Assembly: GCA_041648155.1 (NCBI GenBank)
Contig: JBAZPL010000001.1
Coordinates: 1 to 53,332, forward strand
DNA length: 53,332 nt
Direction: 5' to 3'
From: Candidatus Krumholzibacteriia bacterium
GTDB taxonomy: Bacteria; Krumholzibacteriota; Krumholzibacteriia; Krumholzibacteriales; Krumholzibacteriaceae
Shown: positions 26,579 to 38,400 of the stretch, piece after piece
Numbering within the stretch: position 1 is the stretch's first letter
Layout of the letters: the number at the start of each line of letters is the position of its first letter
Notes under the pieces: model-generated
What the model was told of the DNA's origin: nothing
The model's input: only the letters and a program-made list of their open reading frames with translations
Databases searched by the model: none
Translations under genes and position numbers: made by a program

Positions 26579-27928
26579 ATGAAAGACCGGCTCAAACACC
26601 TCTGGGATTCCATTCTCGAACGCGTGAGCTCGCACGTCAACGCGCAAAGCTTCCAGACCTGGTTCAAGCCGACGCGGCTCGTGAGTTGCGAGGACGGACA
26701 TCTTGTGATCGAGGGCCCGAATCCCTTCTTCGTCGATTGGCTCGCGGAGCACCACCGGGCCAAGATCGAGCAGGCGGCGCGCGAAACGCTCGGCGAGCCC
26801 GTCTCGGTCGAGTTCGTTTCTTCTGCGAACCCGCCGCGCGTTTCCCCGCCCGAGGCGAGCGCGACGCGCTCGATGATCGTGAACGAGCCCGTCATTGTCC
26901 CCGAAAACGCCCAGCTCAACGCCCGCTACGTATTCGACGAGTTCGTCGTCGGAAGCAGCAACCGTTTCGCCCACGCGGCGGCGCTCGCCGTCGCCGACAA
27001 CCCCGCGCGCGCCTACAATCCGCTTTTTATCTACGGCGGCGCGGGGCTCGGGAAGACCCACCTCATCCAGGCGATCGGACACCGCGTCATCGAGAAACAC
27101 CCGAAGATGCGCATCTCGTACGTTTCCGCGGAAGGTTTCATGAACGACCTGATCCTCGCGATTCGCTCCGGCATCACGCACGAGTTCAAGGACCGGTACC
27201 GCAACATCGACATTCTCCTCATCGACGACGTCCACTTTCTCGCGGGAAAGGAAAGCACGCAGGAGGAGTTCTTTTTCACCTTCAACGCTCTCCACAACGC
27301 GAACAAGCAGATCGTCGTCACGAGCGACCGGCCGCCGAAGGAGATCCCCACGCTCCAGGAACGCCTCACGTCGCGCTTCGAGTGGGGGCTGATCGCGGAC
27401 ATACAACCCCCCGACACAGAGACGAGGATCGCGATCCTCCGGAAAAAAGTCGAAAAGGAGCATATCCCGATCCCCGACGACGTCATCCAGCTCATCGCGG
27501 AAAACGCGAAGTCCAATATCCGGGAGCTCGAAGGATCCCTCATCAAGCTGCTGGCCTACTCGAGCCTCGCCAGCCGCGAGATCACCGCGGATATGGCGCG
27601 CGACGTCCTGGCCGACATGGTGAAAAACAGCGCCCCGAAAAAAATCGCGGTCCAGGCCATTCAGAAAGCGGTCGCCCAGCACTTCGACATCCCGATTGAC
27701 AGCCTCCGCGCGAAAACGAGAATCGCCCGCGTCGTCATCGCCCGCCAGGTCGGCATATATCTGTCGCGAGAGCTGACCGAGTTGTCTCTCGTCGAAATAG
27801 GGAAGCGTTTCGGCGGCCGCGATCACAGCACGGTTCTCCACGCGATCGCCAGGGTGAAGCAGGAGCTCGACCGGGATGCCTCGCTGAGGAGAAAGGTTCA
27901 GGCGCTTCTCGAAGAACTTTCGGCCTGA
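26579..27928 (+). CDS. dnaA: Chromosomal replication initiator protein DnaA
   Basis: 449 aa. LWDSILERVSSHVNAQSFQTWFKPTRLV, Walker A GGAGLGKTHL, Walker B LLIDDVHFL, SNIRELEG, C-terminal DNA-binding helix GGRDHSTVLHA. Confidence 0.97.
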   Translation: MKDRLKHLWDSILERVSSHVNAQSFQTWFKPTRLVSCEDGHLVIEGPNPFFVDWLAEHHRAKIEQAARETLGEPVSVEFVSSANPPRVSPPEASATRSMIVNEPVIVPENAQLNARYVFDEFVVGSSNRFAHAAALAVADNPARAYNPLFIYGGAGLGKTHLIQAIGHRVIEKHPKMRISYVSAEGFMNDLILAIRSGITHEFKDRYRNIDILLIDDVHFLAGKESTQEEFFFTFNALHNANKQIVVTSDRPPKEIPTLQERLTSRFEWGLIADIQPPDTETRIAILRKKVEKEHIPIPDDVIQLIAENAKSNIRELEGSLIKLLAYSSLASREITADMARDVLADMVKNSAPKKIAVQAIQKAVAQHFDIPIDSLRAKTRIARVVIARQVGIYLSRELTELSLVEIGKRFGGRDHSTVLHAIARVKQELDRDASLRRKVQALLEELSA

Positions 27929-28118
27929 TCCGGCGCCCGGCTTCGGGGGCTTTCCCACACTATCAACAGAACGGTTGTTGATACCTATAGATTGGGCTTC
28001 CTGATTGAGTGCTTTGTTGAAAACTTCGGGATTCCCACAGAGCACTCAACAAGGCCCCGTGTGGAAATATCGATATGGGGTTTCGGGATTTTGATGGTTT
28101 CAACAAATACACAGGGCC

Positions 28119-28160
28119 TACTCCTACTACAGAATCTTTCTATAATAAGGAGTAGGAGTA
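28119..28160. repeat. 10-bp inverted repeat around an AT-rich 22-nt loop in the dnaA-dnaN spacer
   Basis: TACTCCTACT (28119..28128) and AGTAGGAGTA (28151..28160) are exact reverse complements. The loop is acagaatctttctataataagg. Confidence 0.5.
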
Positions 28161-28308
28161 AAGAAGGGGATTATAGGGGAGTGGGTTTTTTGAGCCTTGG
28201 ACTGTTTTTCCTTGAAGCCGTACAGAGTATGCCGTATTATGGCCTTTCCATTTTGGAACCGGCAAGTATAAGAGTAATTTGATCCACTCCACATCAGGAG
28301 GTGGCGGC

Positions 28309-29418
28309 GTGAAGGTCAGTGTCCCTCTCAGTGAGCTCAACCATAAAATGAACGCCATATCAGGCGTTGTCCCGGGTAAAACGACGATGCCGATTCTATC
28401 GACCGTTCTTATGAGCGCGGAGAATGGAATATTCAGTATATCCGCCACCGATCTTGATATATCGGTAACATCGAGAGTCAACGGGACGGTCGTGGAAGAG
28501 GGAAAAATCGCGGCGCCGGCAAAGAAGCTTGCGGAGATCGTAAAATCGCTTGCGGGGGACGAAGTGGCGCTCGACGCAGAGGGAGACAAGCTGACGCTCT
28601 CGTGCGGAAAGAGCAGGTTCGTCATGAACGCGCGGAGCGCGGACGATTTCCCGAAGCTTCCGAAACAGGAAGGCAAAACGTCATTCGCGATAGATCCCGA
28701 GATCGTCGGTGCTCTCGTTCAGAAAACGACGTATGCGGTGTCGACCGATCTCACGAGACCCGCCCTGTGCGGCGTGCTGTGGGAAGTCGACCGTAAGGGA
28801 ATCTCGATGGTGGCGACCGACGGGCACCGGCTCGCGAAGGTCGAGATCGCGCTGGACCTGGGGAGCGTCCAGAAGATGGACGTCATCGTTCCGCCGAAGG
28901 CGCTCGGGACGATGCGGATCTACGCCGAGGGAGAAAAAGAAGTGCGGATCTCGATCGGCGAGAACAGCATCAGCTTCGACATGAAGGAAACGACGATATA
29001 TTCGCGGCTCCTCGAAGGGCCGTTCCCCAATTACCAGAGGGTCATTCCGGCGAAGAACGAAAAAGAGCTCGTTGTATCGCGCTCGGCCCTGGCCGAGGCG
29101 ACGAAGCGCGTATCCATCCTTTCCGACACGCTCACGAAGCAGGTCGTCTTCTCGATTGGCAAGACCAAGCTCATGCTCAACGTCAGCACGCAGGAGCTCG
29201 GCGAGGCGCGCGAGGAAATCGAGGCCTCCTTCTCGGGAGAAGCCATGGACATCGGCTACAACGCCAACTACGTTCTCGACATTCTCCGGACGATGGGCGA
29301 CGCCGAGGAGATCGTTTTCCTCCTCGATCGGCCCGACAATGCGGCCGTCGTGAAGCCCGCGAGCGAGGGCGGAAACCTGAAGCAGGTCTGCATCATCATG
29401 CCTTTGAGGATAGGGTGA
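28309..29418 (+). CDS. dnaN: DNA polymerase III beta sliding clamp DnaN
   Basis: VKVSVPLSELNHKMNAISGVVPGKTTMPILSTVLM... A GTG at 28309 sits 7 nt after AGGAGG; the track TTG start at 28279 is the alternative. C-terminus CIIMPLRI. Confidence 0.93.
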   Translation: MKVSVPLSELNHKMNAISGVVPGKTTMPILSTVLMSAENGIFSISATDLDISVTSRVNGTVVEEGKIAAPAKKLAEIVKSLAGDEVALDAEGDKLTLSCGKSRFVMNARSADDFPKLPKQEGKTSFAIDPEIVGALVQKTTYAVSTDLTRPALCGVLWEVDRKGISMVATDGHRLAKVEIALDLGSVQKMDVIVPPKALGTMRIYAEGEKEVRISIGENSISFDMKETTIYSRLLEGPFPNYQRVIPAKNEKELVVSRSALAEATKRVSILSDTLTKQVVFSIGKTKLMLNVSTQELGEAREEIEASFSGEAMDIGYNANYVLDILRTMGDAEEIVFLLDRPDNAAVVKPASEGGNLKQVCIIMPLRIG

Positions 29419-29449
29419 CCATCGGGTGAAGGGGGCGGGGTGACGGCGG

Positions 29450-30556
29450 GTGATCGTTCGCGGCGTCGACATTGTTAATTTCCGCAACATCGCGAAAGCG
29501 GAGCTTTCCTTCTCGCCCACATTCAATCTGATCACGGGGCGGAACGCGCAGGGCAAGACAAATCTTCTCGAGGCGATCTATCTCTTTTCTCTCGGACGCT
29601 CCTTCAGGACGCGAAGTCTCGATGAGGTAATCCGGTTCGGCGAGGAATACTTCTACGCCGGGCTCAGGGGGAGGAGCGATGCGGGAGTCGATTTCACGAT
29701 CGAGGCGGGGGCCGAGCGGGGGGGAAGGACGAAGGTGTCGAGTAACGGGAAAAAGGCCTCGGGGCTCGCGGAGATAGTCGGGATCATACCGGGGGTCATT
29801 TTCGTCGCGGAGGATATCCTTCTCGCGGCGGGTCCGCCCGCGGAGAGACGAGCGTACCTCGATTATACGGCGGCACAGATATCCCCCTTGTACCTCCGCG
29901 GGATCAAAGAGTACCGCGGGGCGCTCAGGCAGCGAAACGCCCTTCTCGAGCGCGCCGCGCGGGAAGGCGGCGCGCCTCTCGGAATCGAGCCGTGGGACGC
30001 CGCGCTCGCCGAAAAAGGGGCGGCGATCGTACGGATGCGCCTCGAGACGATGCGGGAGGTAGAGGCGCGGGCCCGCACGCTCCTCGGCGAGATCCTGGGG
30101 GACGCGGCCGGCTTCAGCATGCGGTACGTCTGCTCCTTCAATCCTTCGGGCAAGGAGCCCGGGGAGGCGCTTCGGGAAGCGCTCGCGAGGGTCCGGGAGG
30201 CGGAACGGAGGAGAGGCTACACGATGGCGGGACCGCATTTCGACGACGTGCAGATATTCCTCGAGGAGTCCGAGATCAGGCGCTTCGGGTCGCAGGGGCG
30301 AAAGCGCCTCGCCGCCCTGGTGCTCAAGCTCTCCCAGGCGCTCACCATCCTCGAAAAGCGCGGGGAGAAGCCGGTCGTTCTTCTCGACGACATCTTTTCG
30401 GAGCTCGACCGCGAAACGGCGGAGCGCGTGAGGGGGCACCTCGCGGACAGCTACCAGAGCTTCATCACAACTCCGCGGCCGGACGAGTTCGGCGCCACGG
30501 GCCCGGGGGCCGCGCGCTTCTCCGTGGATGCGGGAATGATAACGCCTCTCGGCTAG
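29450..30556 (+). CDS. recF: DNA replication and repair protein RecF
   Basis: 368 aa, GTG start. Walker A GRNAQGKTNLLEAI, signature GSQGRKRLAALVLKL, Walker B VVLLDDIFSELD. Confidence 0.93.
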   Translation: MIVRGVDIVNFRNIAKAELSFSPTFNLITGRNAQGKTNLLEAIYLFSLGRSFRTRSLDEVIRFGEEYFYAGLRGRSDAGVDFTIEAGAERGGRTKVSSNGKKASGLAEIVGIIPGVIFVAEDILLAAGPPAERRAYLDYTAAQISPLYLRGIKEYRGALRQRNALLERAAREGGAPLGIEPWDAALAEKGAAIVRMRLETMREVEARARTLLGEILGDAAGFSMRYVCSFNPSGKEPGEALREALARVREAERRRGYTMAGPHFDDVQIFLEESEIRRFGSQGRKRLAALVLKLSQALTILEKRGEKPVVLLDDIFSELDRETAERVRGHLADSYQSFITTPRPDEFGATGPGAARFSVDAGMITPLG

Positions 30557-30736
30557 CGGGTGGGGATGGCGCCGGACATTCCCGCTCCGAGCCCAGTCGC
30601 AGAGCTCCAATGGGCTCATTCGCGGGAATGTCCGCGCCGGCACCGTTAGCGGGTGGCGCCCATGGGGCCCCCGCACGCAGCGCAGCGAGCTTTGCGAGCG
30701 AGCACGTGCGGGGTGCAATGGGCGACAGGACCCGCG
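30554..30736. repeat. Two consecutive long imperfect hairpins, REP-like and related to the 18.4-18.7 kb repeats
   Basis: Both begin with tagcgggtgg (30554 and 30647). Hairpin 1 pairs CGGACATTCCCGC (30573..30585) with GCGGGAATGTCCG (30622..30634), with an inner GAGCCCA/TGGGCTC stem. Hairpin 2 runs 30647..30736 with stems GCGGGT/ACCCGC, CGCCCAT/ATGGGCG and CCCCGCACG/CGTGCGGGG. Confidence 0.7.
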
Positions 30737-30835
30737 TAGCAAGCGAAAAAATGAGCCCGGCGCGGTCTAAATTCTTGTGTCTTTTTTCAGGGTTTGCTAA
30801 TAAAATTCCACATCCGCAGGGAGGTACGCTTCGCC

Positions 30836-31144
30836 GTGGATACGAAATCATCCGCGAGGGTCGGGGAGATCCTCCCCCGCGTGCTCGAGCTCTTGGGGCT
30901 CGACAACAAGTTCGAAGAGGTGAAGCTCATGCGGGGATGGGCGGAGGTGGTGGGGCCCGTGATCGCGCAAAGAAGCCGCCCGCGGATGCTGAAGGACGGC
31001 ATCCTCTTTATAGAAGTCGAGAACAGCGTTTGGATGCAGGAACTGTGGTTCCATCAGAAACAGATCGTCGATCGCATCAAGAAGGAATATCCGAAGATCG
31101 AGGTCAAGGGCATTCGCCTCGAGATTGAAAGGGAGAACAGATAA
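30836..31144 (+). CDS. DUF721 domain protein (DciA-like), in the conserved slot between recF and gyrB
   Basis: VDTKSSARVGEILPRVLELLGLDNKFEEVKLMRGWAEVVGPVIAQRSRPRMLKDGILFIEVENSVWMQELWFHQKQIVDRI. A GTG at 30836 sits 10 nt after GGGAGG; the track TTG start is at 30794. Confidence 0.75.
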   Translation: MDTKSSARVGEILPRVLELLGLDNKFEEVKLMRGWAEVVGPVIAQRSRPRMLKDGILFIEVENSVWMQELWFHQKQIVDRIKKEYPKIEVKGIRLEIERENR

Positions 31145-33058
<1,914 letters not shown>

Positions 33059-33075
33059 CACAAGAGGAGCAGGGA

Positions 33076-35631
33076 ATGGACATCAGCCGCCAGCGGATCA
33101 TACCGGTCTATATAGAAGACGAAATGCAGACCAGCTACCTCGATTACTCGATGAGCGTCATCGTCTCCCGCGCGCTCCCCGACGTTCGGGACGGCCTCAA
33201 GCCGGTCCACCGGCGGATCCTGCTCGCGATGAACGACCTCGGCGTCATGCACAACAAGCCGTACCGCAAGTCCGCGAAACTCACCGGAGACGTAACCGGC
33301 AACTACCACCCCCACGGCACGTCCAGCGTATACGACGCGGTCGCCCGCATGGCGCAGGATTTCTCGATGCGCTATCCCCTCGTCGACGGGCAGGGGAACT
33401 TCGGTTCGGTCGACGGCGACCCTCCCGCGGCGGAACGGTATACCGAGGTGCGGATGACGGAGATCGCCGAGGAGCTCCTCGCCGATCTCGAAAAGGAGAC
33501 GGTCGAGCTCGGACCCAACTACGACGAGACGCGCCAGATGGCGCTCGTGCTGCCGGGTAAGGTACCGAACCTCCTCATCAACGGGGCGGCAGGCATCGCC
33601 GTCGGCATGGCGACGAACATCCCGCCGCACAACTTCTGCGAGATCATCGCCGGGCTCAAGATGCTCCTCGACAAACCCGCCGCGACCGTCGAGGAGATCT
33701 CGAAGGTCGTCACGGGCCCCGACTTCCCGACGGGGGGTATCATTTACGGAAGGGCCGGCATCCGCGAGGCCTACGCGACCGGCAGGGGGAAGGTCATACT
33801 TCGCGCCCGCGCGACGATCGAAACGCAGAAGAGTGGCAAGATGAGCGTCATTGTGAACGAGATCCCCTATCAGGCCAACAAGGCCTCCATCATAGAGAAG
33901 ATCGCCCACCTCGTGCGCGACGGGAAGCTCGAGGGCATCTCCGACATCCGCGACGAATCGGACAAGGAAGGGATGCGCATCGCCATCGAGCTCAAGAAAG
34001 ACGCCTACCCGAAGGTCGTCCTCAACCAGCTCTTCGCCCACACGCAGCTCCAGGTGACGTTCGGGATCATCATGCTCGCGCTCGACAAGATGCGCCCCGT
34101 CGTCATGAACCTCAAGGAGCTCATGGAGTGCTTCCTCGCGCATCGCGAGGAGGTCATCACCCGGCGCACGAAGTACGACCTTGCCCGGGCCGAGGAGCGG
34201 GCCCACATCCTCGAGGGGTACAAGATCGCGCTCGACCATATCGACGAGATCGTACAGCTCATCAAGAAGAGCGCCTCCCCCGACGAGGCCCGCAAGGGGC
34301 TCGTGAAGACGTTCAAGCTCTCGGAAATCCAGGCTCAGGCGATCCTCGACCTGCGGCTCCAGCGCCTCACCGGTCTCGAACGCAAGAAAATCGAGGACGA
34401 ATACCTCGAGCTCATCAAGAAGATCGAATATTTCCGCTCGATCCTCGAGAGCCGCACGCGGCTCCTCGGAATCATCCGCGACGAGCTCGACGACCTCAAC
34501 ACCCGCTTCGGCGACGAGCGCCGGACCGACATCGTCGACCAGGAAGGCGAGTTCCAGATCGAGGATCTGATCGCCGAAGAGAACATGATCATCACGATCA
34601 CCCATACCGGCTACATCAAGCGCATCCCGACCGGGACCTACCGGCGCCAGCGCCGCGGCGGGAAAGGGATCTCCGGGATGGGCATGAAGGACGAGGATTT
34701 CATCGAGCATCTCTTCATCGCCTCGACGCACAGCTACCTGCTCTTCTTCACCGACAAGGGGCGGTGCTTCTGGGTGAAGGTGCACGAGCTCCCGCAGGGC
34801 GGGCGTCTCGCCCGCGGCAAGGCGATCGTGAACCTCCTCGAGATGTCGCGCGACGAGAAGATCACCGCCTTCGTCCCCGTGGGCGATTTCAAACAGGACG
34901 CCTATCTCATGCTCGCGACGAAGGACGGCTTCATCAAGAAGACGCACATCTCCGCCTACGCGAACCCGCGGCGCGGCGGCATCATCGCGGTGATCCTCCG
35001 CGAGGGGGACAGCCTCATCGCGGCGAAGCTCACCTCGGGGAGCGACGACATCATCCTCGCGAAGCGCAAGGGGAAGGCTATCCGGTTCGGCGAGAAGGAC
35101 GTCCGCGACATGGGGCGCTCGACCCAGGGCGTGACGGGAGTCAAGCTCGACAAGGACGACAACGTCGTGTCGATGGTCGTCGTGAAGCGCGGGGGGGAGC
35201 TTGTCGCCGTGACCGAGCACGGCTACGGCAAACGCACGAGAATTGGCGATTTCAGAAATATCAAGCGTGGCGGCAAGGGCGTCGTCGCCATCTCCACCGA
35301 CGCGAGGAACGGCGATCTCGTCGCCGTCAAGGAAGTGATCGAGGAGGACGAAGTGATGATCATCACGCGCAACGGGATCATCATACGCTCCCCGGTCAAC
35401 AGCATCTCCATTCTCGGGAGACCTGCGAAGGGCGTGAAGCTCATCAGCCTCGCCGAGGGAGACGCCGTCGTCGATGTCACGCTCATGGCCGGCGAAAAGA
35501 TTCCGGAAGGCGAAATCGCGGAAGGGGATGAAGGGGAAGAGGTGGACGGGGAAGATATCGGCGACGAGGCCGGTGACGAAGAGGCCGAGGCGGCCGAAGA
35601 GGAAACTGGCGGAGAGCCGGAAGAGAAGTAG
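33076..35631 (+). CDS. gyrA: DNA gyrase subunit A
   Basis: [49 protein letters not shown], active-site region AERYTEVRM, GyrA-box-like [13 protein letters not shown] 33076 follows GAGGAG; the track TTG start is at 33055. Has a 40-aa acidic C-terminal tail. Confidence 0.97.
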   Translation: MDISRQRIIPVYIEDEMQTSYLDYSMSVIVSRALPDVRDGLKPVHRRILLAMNDLGVMHNKPYRKSAKLTGDVTGNYHPHGTSSVYDAVARMAQDFSMRYPLVDGQGNFGSVDGDPPAAERYTEVRMTEIAEELLADLEKETVELGPNYDETRQMALVLPGKVPNLLINGAAGIAVGMATNIPPHNFCEIIAGLKMLLDKPAATVEEISKVVTGPDFPTGGIIYGRAGIREAYATGRGKVILRARATIETQKSGKMSVIVNEIPYQANKASIIEKIAHLVRDGKLEGISDIRDESDKEGMRIAIELKKDAYPKVVLNQLFAHTQLQVTFGIIMLALDKMRPVVMNLKELMECFLAHREEVITRRTKYDLARAEERAHILEGYKIALDHIDEIVQLIKKSASPDEARKGLVKTFKLSEIQAQAILDLRLQRLTGLERKKIEDEYLELIKKIEYFRSILESRTRLLGIIRDELDDLNTRFGDERRTDIVDQEGEFQIEDLIAEENMIITITHTGYIKRIPTGTYRRQRRGGKGISGMGMKDEDFIEHLFIASTHSYLLFFTDKGRCFWVKVHELPQGGRLARGKAIVNLLEMSRDEKITAFVPVGDFKQDAYLMLATKDGFIKKTHISAYANPRRGGIIAVILREGDSLIAAKLTSGSDDIILAKRKGKAIRFGEKDVRDMGRSTQGVTGVKLDKDDNVVSMVVVKRGGELVAVTEHGYGKRTRIGDFRNIKRGGKGVVAISTDARNGDLVAVKEVIEEDEVMIITRNGIIIRSPVNSISILGRPAKGVKLISLAEGDAVVDVTLMAGEKIPEGEIAEGDEGEEVDGEDIGDEAGDEEAEAAEEETGGEPEEK

Positions 35632-36963
35632 ATGCGCTCAACCCGGATCACGCCATCGACAGCCCCGCTCGAGCGAGCCTACCTGGTCGGCATAACGCTG
35701 CCCCGCGCCAGGCGCGAAGACGAGATCCAAAACCTCGCCGAGCTCGATCTCCTCGCCCGCAGCGCGGGCGCCGAGGTCGTCGGGCGGATACTGCAGTCCC
35801 GCACGCGCGTCGACGGCACGACCTTCATCGGCAAGGGCAAGATCGAGGAGCTTGCCCGGGAGATCCACGACCACGGCGCGAACATCGTTATATTCGACGA
35901 CGATCTTACTCCCGCCCAGGCGCGCAACATCGAGAAGATTCTCGAAGTCAACGTCATCGATCGCACGGAGCTCATCCTCGACATATTCGCTCGGCGCGCG
36001 CGCACGCGGCAGGCGCGGATCCAGGTGGAGATCGCGCAGCTCAACTACGCGCTGCCGCGGCTCAGGCGCCTCTGGGAGCACCTCTCCCGCCAGGCGGGGG
36101 GCATCGGTACGAGGGGCCCGGGCGAGACGCAGATCGAGGTCGATCGCCGCAGGGCCCGCGACCGGATTGCCGGCCTCGAGAGGGAGCTCGAGAAGATTCA
36201 TCGCGGCGCCGGGGAGCGCCGCAAGCGGCGCGAGGGGATCTTCACCGTCACGATCGTCGGGTATACGAACGCGGGCAAGTCGACGCTCCTCAACCGGATC
36301 GCGGGGAGCGGCGTCCTCGAGAGCGACCGCCTGTTCTCCACCCTCGACTCGACGACGCGCCGCGTCACAAGCCCGGGAGGCGAGGCGTTTCTCCTGACCG
36401 ATACGATCGGATTCATCAGGAAGCTCCCGACCCACCTCGTCGACAGCTTCAAGGTGACGCTCCTCGACGTGCGGGAAGCGGATCTGCTTCTCCACGTCGC
36501 CGACGCCTCGATCGACCGCTGCGATGAGCACATCGACGTCGTCAACGCCGTTCTCGATGACGTTCTGGCAAAGGGCAGTCGCGGGGATGCGGGCGCCGCC
36601 GCCTCGCGCGTTCCGACCGTTCTCGTCCTCAACAAGATCGATCTCATCGAAGACGCCGGCCGTAGGAACGCGCTCCGCGTCAAGCACCCGGATGCCGTCC
36701 TGACGAGCGCCGCGACGGGCGAAGGGGCGGACGCGCTTCTCGAGATCGTCGAGTCCCACCTCGGCAAAGAGCTCGTCGAAGCGGAGGTCCTGGTCTCCCC
36801 CGAGGAGGGCCGGGCCATCGCCCTGATCGAACGATCCGCGAAGGTTCTCTCGCGAAAGCTCGCGGGGGGCCGCATGGTTTTCAGGGTGCGGGTGCGGAAG
36901 CGGGAGCTCGCGATTCTCGAGAGGGAGCGCGCCGTTCGTCTGCGAGTCACGCCGTCATCGTGA
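35632..36963 (+). CDS. hflX: GTPase HflX
   Basis: 443 aa. HflX N-domain GKGKIEELAREI...IFDDDLTPAQARNIE, LPRLRRLWEHLSRQAGGIGTRGPGETQIE, G1 motif GYTNAGKSTLLN, DTIGF, NKID. The ATG abuts the gyrA TAG. Confidence 0.9.
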   Translation: MRSTRITPSTAPLERAYLVGITLPRARREDEIQNLAELDLLARSAGAEVVGRILQSRTRVDGTTFIGKGKIEELAREIHDHGANIVIFDDDLTPAQARNIEKILEVNVIDRTELILDIFARRARTRQARIQVEIAQLNYALPRLRRLWEHLSRQAGGIGTRGPGETQIEVDRRRARDRIAGLERELEKIHRGAGERRKRREGIFTVTIVGYTNAGKSTLLNRIAGSGVLESDRLFSTLDSTTRRVTSPGGEAFLLTDTIGFIRKLPTHLVDSFKVTLLDVREADLLLHVADASIDRCDEHIDVVNAVLDDVLAKGSRGDAGAAASRVPTVLVLNKIDLIEDAGRRNALRVKHPDAVLTSAATGEGADALLEIVESHLGKELVEAEVLVSPEEGRAIALIERSAKVLSRKLAGGRMVFRVRVRKRELAILERERAVRLRVTPSS

Positions 36964-38262
36964 GCCGGGCGGCATGTCCCGCCTGAACCGCAGCCTGTCT
37001 CCGTCGATCGTGACCAACGGATATCTCCGGACGATCTCCGAGCGCTGCGAGGACAGGGCCGGACTGGCCGCCTTGATGGCGTAGTTGTGGTCGAGCTGCA
37101 AGGCTATGAAGCGCGCAAGGATCACGAAGAACAGCGGCACCACGAAAGGCACGAGCCGCCGCCACCCCCGGTGCGCGATGAGCCGCGAGCAGTAGACCGC
37201 GCCCGCCGAGAGCACGAGGACGAATCCGATCGATACGAGATAGAGGTGCCGGATGTTGAGCCAGTCCGCCGGGAACTGGAAGAAGGCGAACGGGAGCAGC
37301 ATGATGTAGGTCCACGCGATAAAGAAACGGATCGTGTGGTTGCCGAAGATGAAGCCGAAAAACGAATAGGAGACAACCGTGAGCGCGATGGCGATTCGGA
37401 TCTCCGTGGCCAGGCCGTACACGAGCCGCACGACCGGGCCCGCCTGCGCGACGAGATGCGACGTGTGGATCGGAAAGATCATTCGCACGAGATAGCTGAT
37501 GACGTTCTTCGCGGCGTAGAGGACGTACTTGATCGGTCCCGGATTCTCCGTGTAGAAGGACGGAGAATAGTGGAAGATCTGTGTTTTCAGTATGAGCGCC
37601 GCGGCCGCGATCACGAGAAGCAGAATGAAATTCGGGCTGATGACCCGGCGCCCCCGTTCTTTCCGGAAGAAATAATTGAACGCGAGAAAGGCGCCGAGGA
37701 TCGAGAGGCTCGTGCTCCTCGTGAACATCGAGCCGATGAAAAAGATTAGCGAGAGCAGATACCACGGCGACCGCATCTTGCCCCCGCCGACGAGCTCGGT
37801 CCTGAAATAGAAAACCATCGTGAAAAGAGTGAGTGTCGTGATGAGGAGGTCTTCGAGCCCCGACATGATCATGATCGATTTGCCGAAATTGCCGACCGTG
37901 AAGACGAAGAGAAGCCCCGAAAGCACCGCGACCGTGCGGTCGCGGTGCAGCGTCTGCACGAGGAGATATACGAGAAACGCATTGAGGCCGTGGAGCAACA
38001 GGTTGAAAAGGAAGTAGCCCCGGGGCTCGAACCCGAAACGGTCGAACAGGAAATAGGACACTCCGTAGACGAGCGGCTGGAACTTGTACGGCTGCGCGTT
38101 GTCGAAGAGGGCGGCCTTGGTCTCCGTCATGTGGAGGTTGTGCGCGAGGTAGCCGAAATCGTCGCCGTGCCAGAAGCCGTTGTCGAGGGCGATCTGGAAA
38201 TAGAGGAAGCTGAGCGCGAGAAACAAGGCGCACAGCAGGGCATTCAGCAGAAACGGCTTCAA
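36955..38262 (-). CDS. Polytopic membrane protein, probably a GT-C fold glycosyltransferase (PMT_2/ArnT-like)
   Basis: 435 aa with about 11 hydrophobic segments. YFLFNLLLHGLNAFLVYLLVQTL resembles the conserved first-loop/TM2 region of ArnT/PMT-type enzymes. TTG start 4 nt after GGAGGG. The 3' end overlaps hflX by 9 nt (convergent). Confidence 0.6.
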   Translation of the reverse strand: MKPFLLNALLCALFLALSFLYFQIALDNGFWHGDDFGYLAHNLHMTETKAALFDNAQPYKFQPLVYGVSYFLFDRFGFEPRGYFLFNLLLHGLNAFLVYLLVQTLHRDRTVAVLSGLLFVFTVGNFGKSIMIMSGLEDLLITTLTLFTMVFYFRTELVGGGKMRSPWYLLSLIFFIGSMFTRSTSLSILGAFLAFNYFFRKERGRRVISPNFILLLVIAAAALILKTQIFHYSPSFYTENPGPIKYVLYAAKNVISYLVRMIFPIHTSHLVAQAGPVVRLVYGLATEIRIAIALTVVSYSFFGFIFGNHTIRFFIAWTYIMLLPFAFFQFPADWLNIRHLYLVSIGFVLVLSAGAVYCSRLIAHRGWRRLVPFVVPLFFVILARFIALQLDHNYAIKAASPALSSQRSEIVRRYPLVTIDGDRLRFRRDMPPGSR

Positions 38263-38333
38263 AGGTCCCTCCGGCTTATGGGGCGGCGCACACTGAATGG
38301 GGCGAAGCGTACCATGCGCCCCCGCCGCCAGTC

Positions 38334-38364
38334 AATAAAAGAGGGCTCCGATGCCGGAGCCCTC
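38334..38364 (-). terminator. Intrinsic terminator after the M20 peptidase gene
   Basis: GAGGGCTCCG-atgc-CGGAGCCCTC (10-bp stem), followed on the minus strand by TTTTATT. Confidence 0.6.
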
Positions 38365-38400
38365 ACCCTGCGGGATCCCGGGGGATGCCGGCGAGCGCCG

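Noticed and set aside
26381-28045. 554-aa ORF on the minus strand covering all of dnaA
   Set aside because: It is antisense to a textbook DnaA and has Arg/Asp/Glu/Leu-rich low-information composition. It is a typical shadow ORF of a GC3-rich gene.
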